Shown: positions 61,926 through 64,000 of the stretch, piece after piece
Position numbering within the stretch: position 1 is the first letter of the stretch
Layout of the letters: each line of letters opens with the position of its first letter
NCBI GenBank assembly: GCA_012295275.1
Contig: CM022669.1
Location: 17,546,001-17,610,000, forward strand
Direction of reading: 5' to 3'
DNA length: 64,000 bases
Source of the DNA: Chrysomallon squamiferum
Taxonomy: Eukaryota > Animalia > Mollusca
The notes under the pieces: generated by a model
Seen by the model: only the letters and a program-made list of their open reading frames with translations
The model's database searches: none
Told to the model about the DNA's origin: nothing
Position numbers and translations under genes: made by a program

Positions 61926-64000
61926 TTATATATGTATGTACACACCCACACCACACATATACATCCATACACCCATACATAAATTCTAGCATACATACAT
62001 ACAAGCACACACATATGCCCACATGTACGCACATTCACACACATTTATTTCATAAACCAGACTACAATAAAAAATAAAGATAAAAAATTAAATTGATTTT
62101 AACATATGTCAAGATAGAAAACTACATATGATATAATTTATGGATTTGTGTGGAAGGTGACATGATGAATGATGAATAACATATATTTACATAAAGAAAA
62201 CCATCGTGATATTTTAAATGACACTAAGAATTTTATTTAATAATAATAAAGGAAGAATTTAAAAACCTGATGTTCTGTGGTCTAAAAGGCATCACAAAGT
62301 AGGAATTATAATTCCAAATATAATTTATTACCCGTTTAGTTTAATTAATCAGTTAACAATAACACTGGAGTAATAATATGTACAGTATATTTAATATAAT
62401 AAATAGTTTAAAGATTTATCAATAAGCTGATTGTTTGATGAACAACCTGACAATTGTACTATTTACCATATTTTCGAGTGCAGGCAATTTCAGGTAGTTG
62501 TCTCAAATTACCTTCTTACAATTATCTCTCATATTCTGACCCCCTTTCTGTATACACCAGTGATTCGAAACACAAACAAACCTATATAATTTATTATGTA
62601 TGTATATATGTAGATAAACATTTAATTGTATTTAAAATAATGTGATGTAAATATCTTATCCTTACCAGATGTTTAATTCTTTTTTTCATTATACTGATTC
62701 TTTTGTATCATTTTCTAACCAAAAATATATTTCAATAATTACATAAATAAAAGGAAGATATTTTTTGTACAGCATTGTTTCATCAAGCATTTCCACAATT
62801 GATTAAATACAAAAATGAACATTTTTGTTAGTTTATAAATATATTAAAGTATTTTACTACAAATGTATTACTTTGTTTGTTTTTTGTGTTCAAAGAAGTT
62901 ATAACATTGTTATAACATATTTATATTAGTTTTTACTTGTTTACACTGACACATTTAATGAAAAAAAAAAAAAAAAAATTAAGCAGAGCTTCTTCTGTTG
63001 CATAAAAACAAGTACAAAACATGATGTTTTTAGATTATTTATTCACAGTTAATATTTCATGGATATCACAGAAAATGCATTGCTATTAAGCATTAAATAT
63101 AAACTTTATTTGTTTTTTTTTCTAAAAAGAAAAGTTACTATTTGGATTCAGTATATCTTCAACAATGCCTTCATCTGATTACAAAAAATAAAATAATAGA
63201 TTTGAAAAATTAAAAAAAAAAAAGAAGCAGAAAAAAAACTATCTTTCTCTTTTGGTCTCTTGATTACAAACATTAAATTCTAGAGGTTTTTTGTTGTTGT
63301 TTTTTTTTTTTAATAAAAAGAGCCTTCTTTTATCAAAAATGCTTGGATAAATATTCAATAAGGAACTTTATGAGGAAAAGTTAAATCATGAATAATGAAA
63401 TATATTTTGTGCATGAAATTATACATATTATGAAGAAAAGGTTGGTTTTTGAATGATTCCAGTTTTTAACAACAGAATTAATAATCTGTAATACTGCACA
63501 TACTTTAAAAAAAATGATCCATGCATACATTTTACATTTAGCTCTCTGTGTGTGTGTGTGTTTGGTAATAGTTATGTTTGTTTATGCATCTGTGAATATG
63601 AATGCTTATGTTATATTACAAACAACTGAAAAAAAAAAAAAAGACTAGAAAGCAGAGTGTCAGTTTGTTAATTATGTGAAATTAACCAATAAATTAACAG
63701 TGACTTTGCATAATTGTCAGAAAAGACTCTAGAATCTATGTAGAATAGTCTGTAAAAGTCACTCTTCATGAAATATATCTAATAAAGAAATAAATAAATA
63801 AATAAAATAGTAATAATAATAATAATAATAAATATAATAAATATAAAATAAGTAATGACTAAGTTCATTTCAGGCAATGTCTAATAAGTGGGGCACATTA
63901 TCCAAACATTTTTAAAAATATTATTAGTCTTCCTTCTCTATGGATTCACATATCTGTGTTTCAGATATTGTATTACAACAACAACAATCTGACATGCAGT

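Overview
AT-rich, microsatellite-dense, intron-containing animal genomic DNA. An invertebrate, possibly a mollusc, is my impression from composition only and is not established. Three gene systems can be read from the sequence. (1) 1-11.7 kb, minus strand: a tandem array of four LicD/fukutin-family type II membrane nucleotidyltransferase-fold genes, each with an uninterrupted coding exon. Two are intact, one has a 5-bp frameshift, one has a single in-frame TAG, and a duplicated 3' fragment sits at the window start. (2) 16.7-25.3 kb, plus strand: a complete 12-exon ZCCHC4 (28S rRNA m6A methyltransferase, 459 aa) with one GC-AG intron. (3) 36.0-60.3 kb, plus strand: a 20-exon STAP-like PH+SH2 adaptor (about 713 aa) whose long Tyr/Pro-rich tail is built from ten consecutive symmetric phase-1 exons. 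Between and inside these genes are relics of a Tx1/L1-type LINE, a FLYWCH/MULE transposon, a Tigger-like MITE, several minisatellites and local duplications. All exon calls were made by eye from splice consensus, frame continuity and remembered family motifs; no database search was run.
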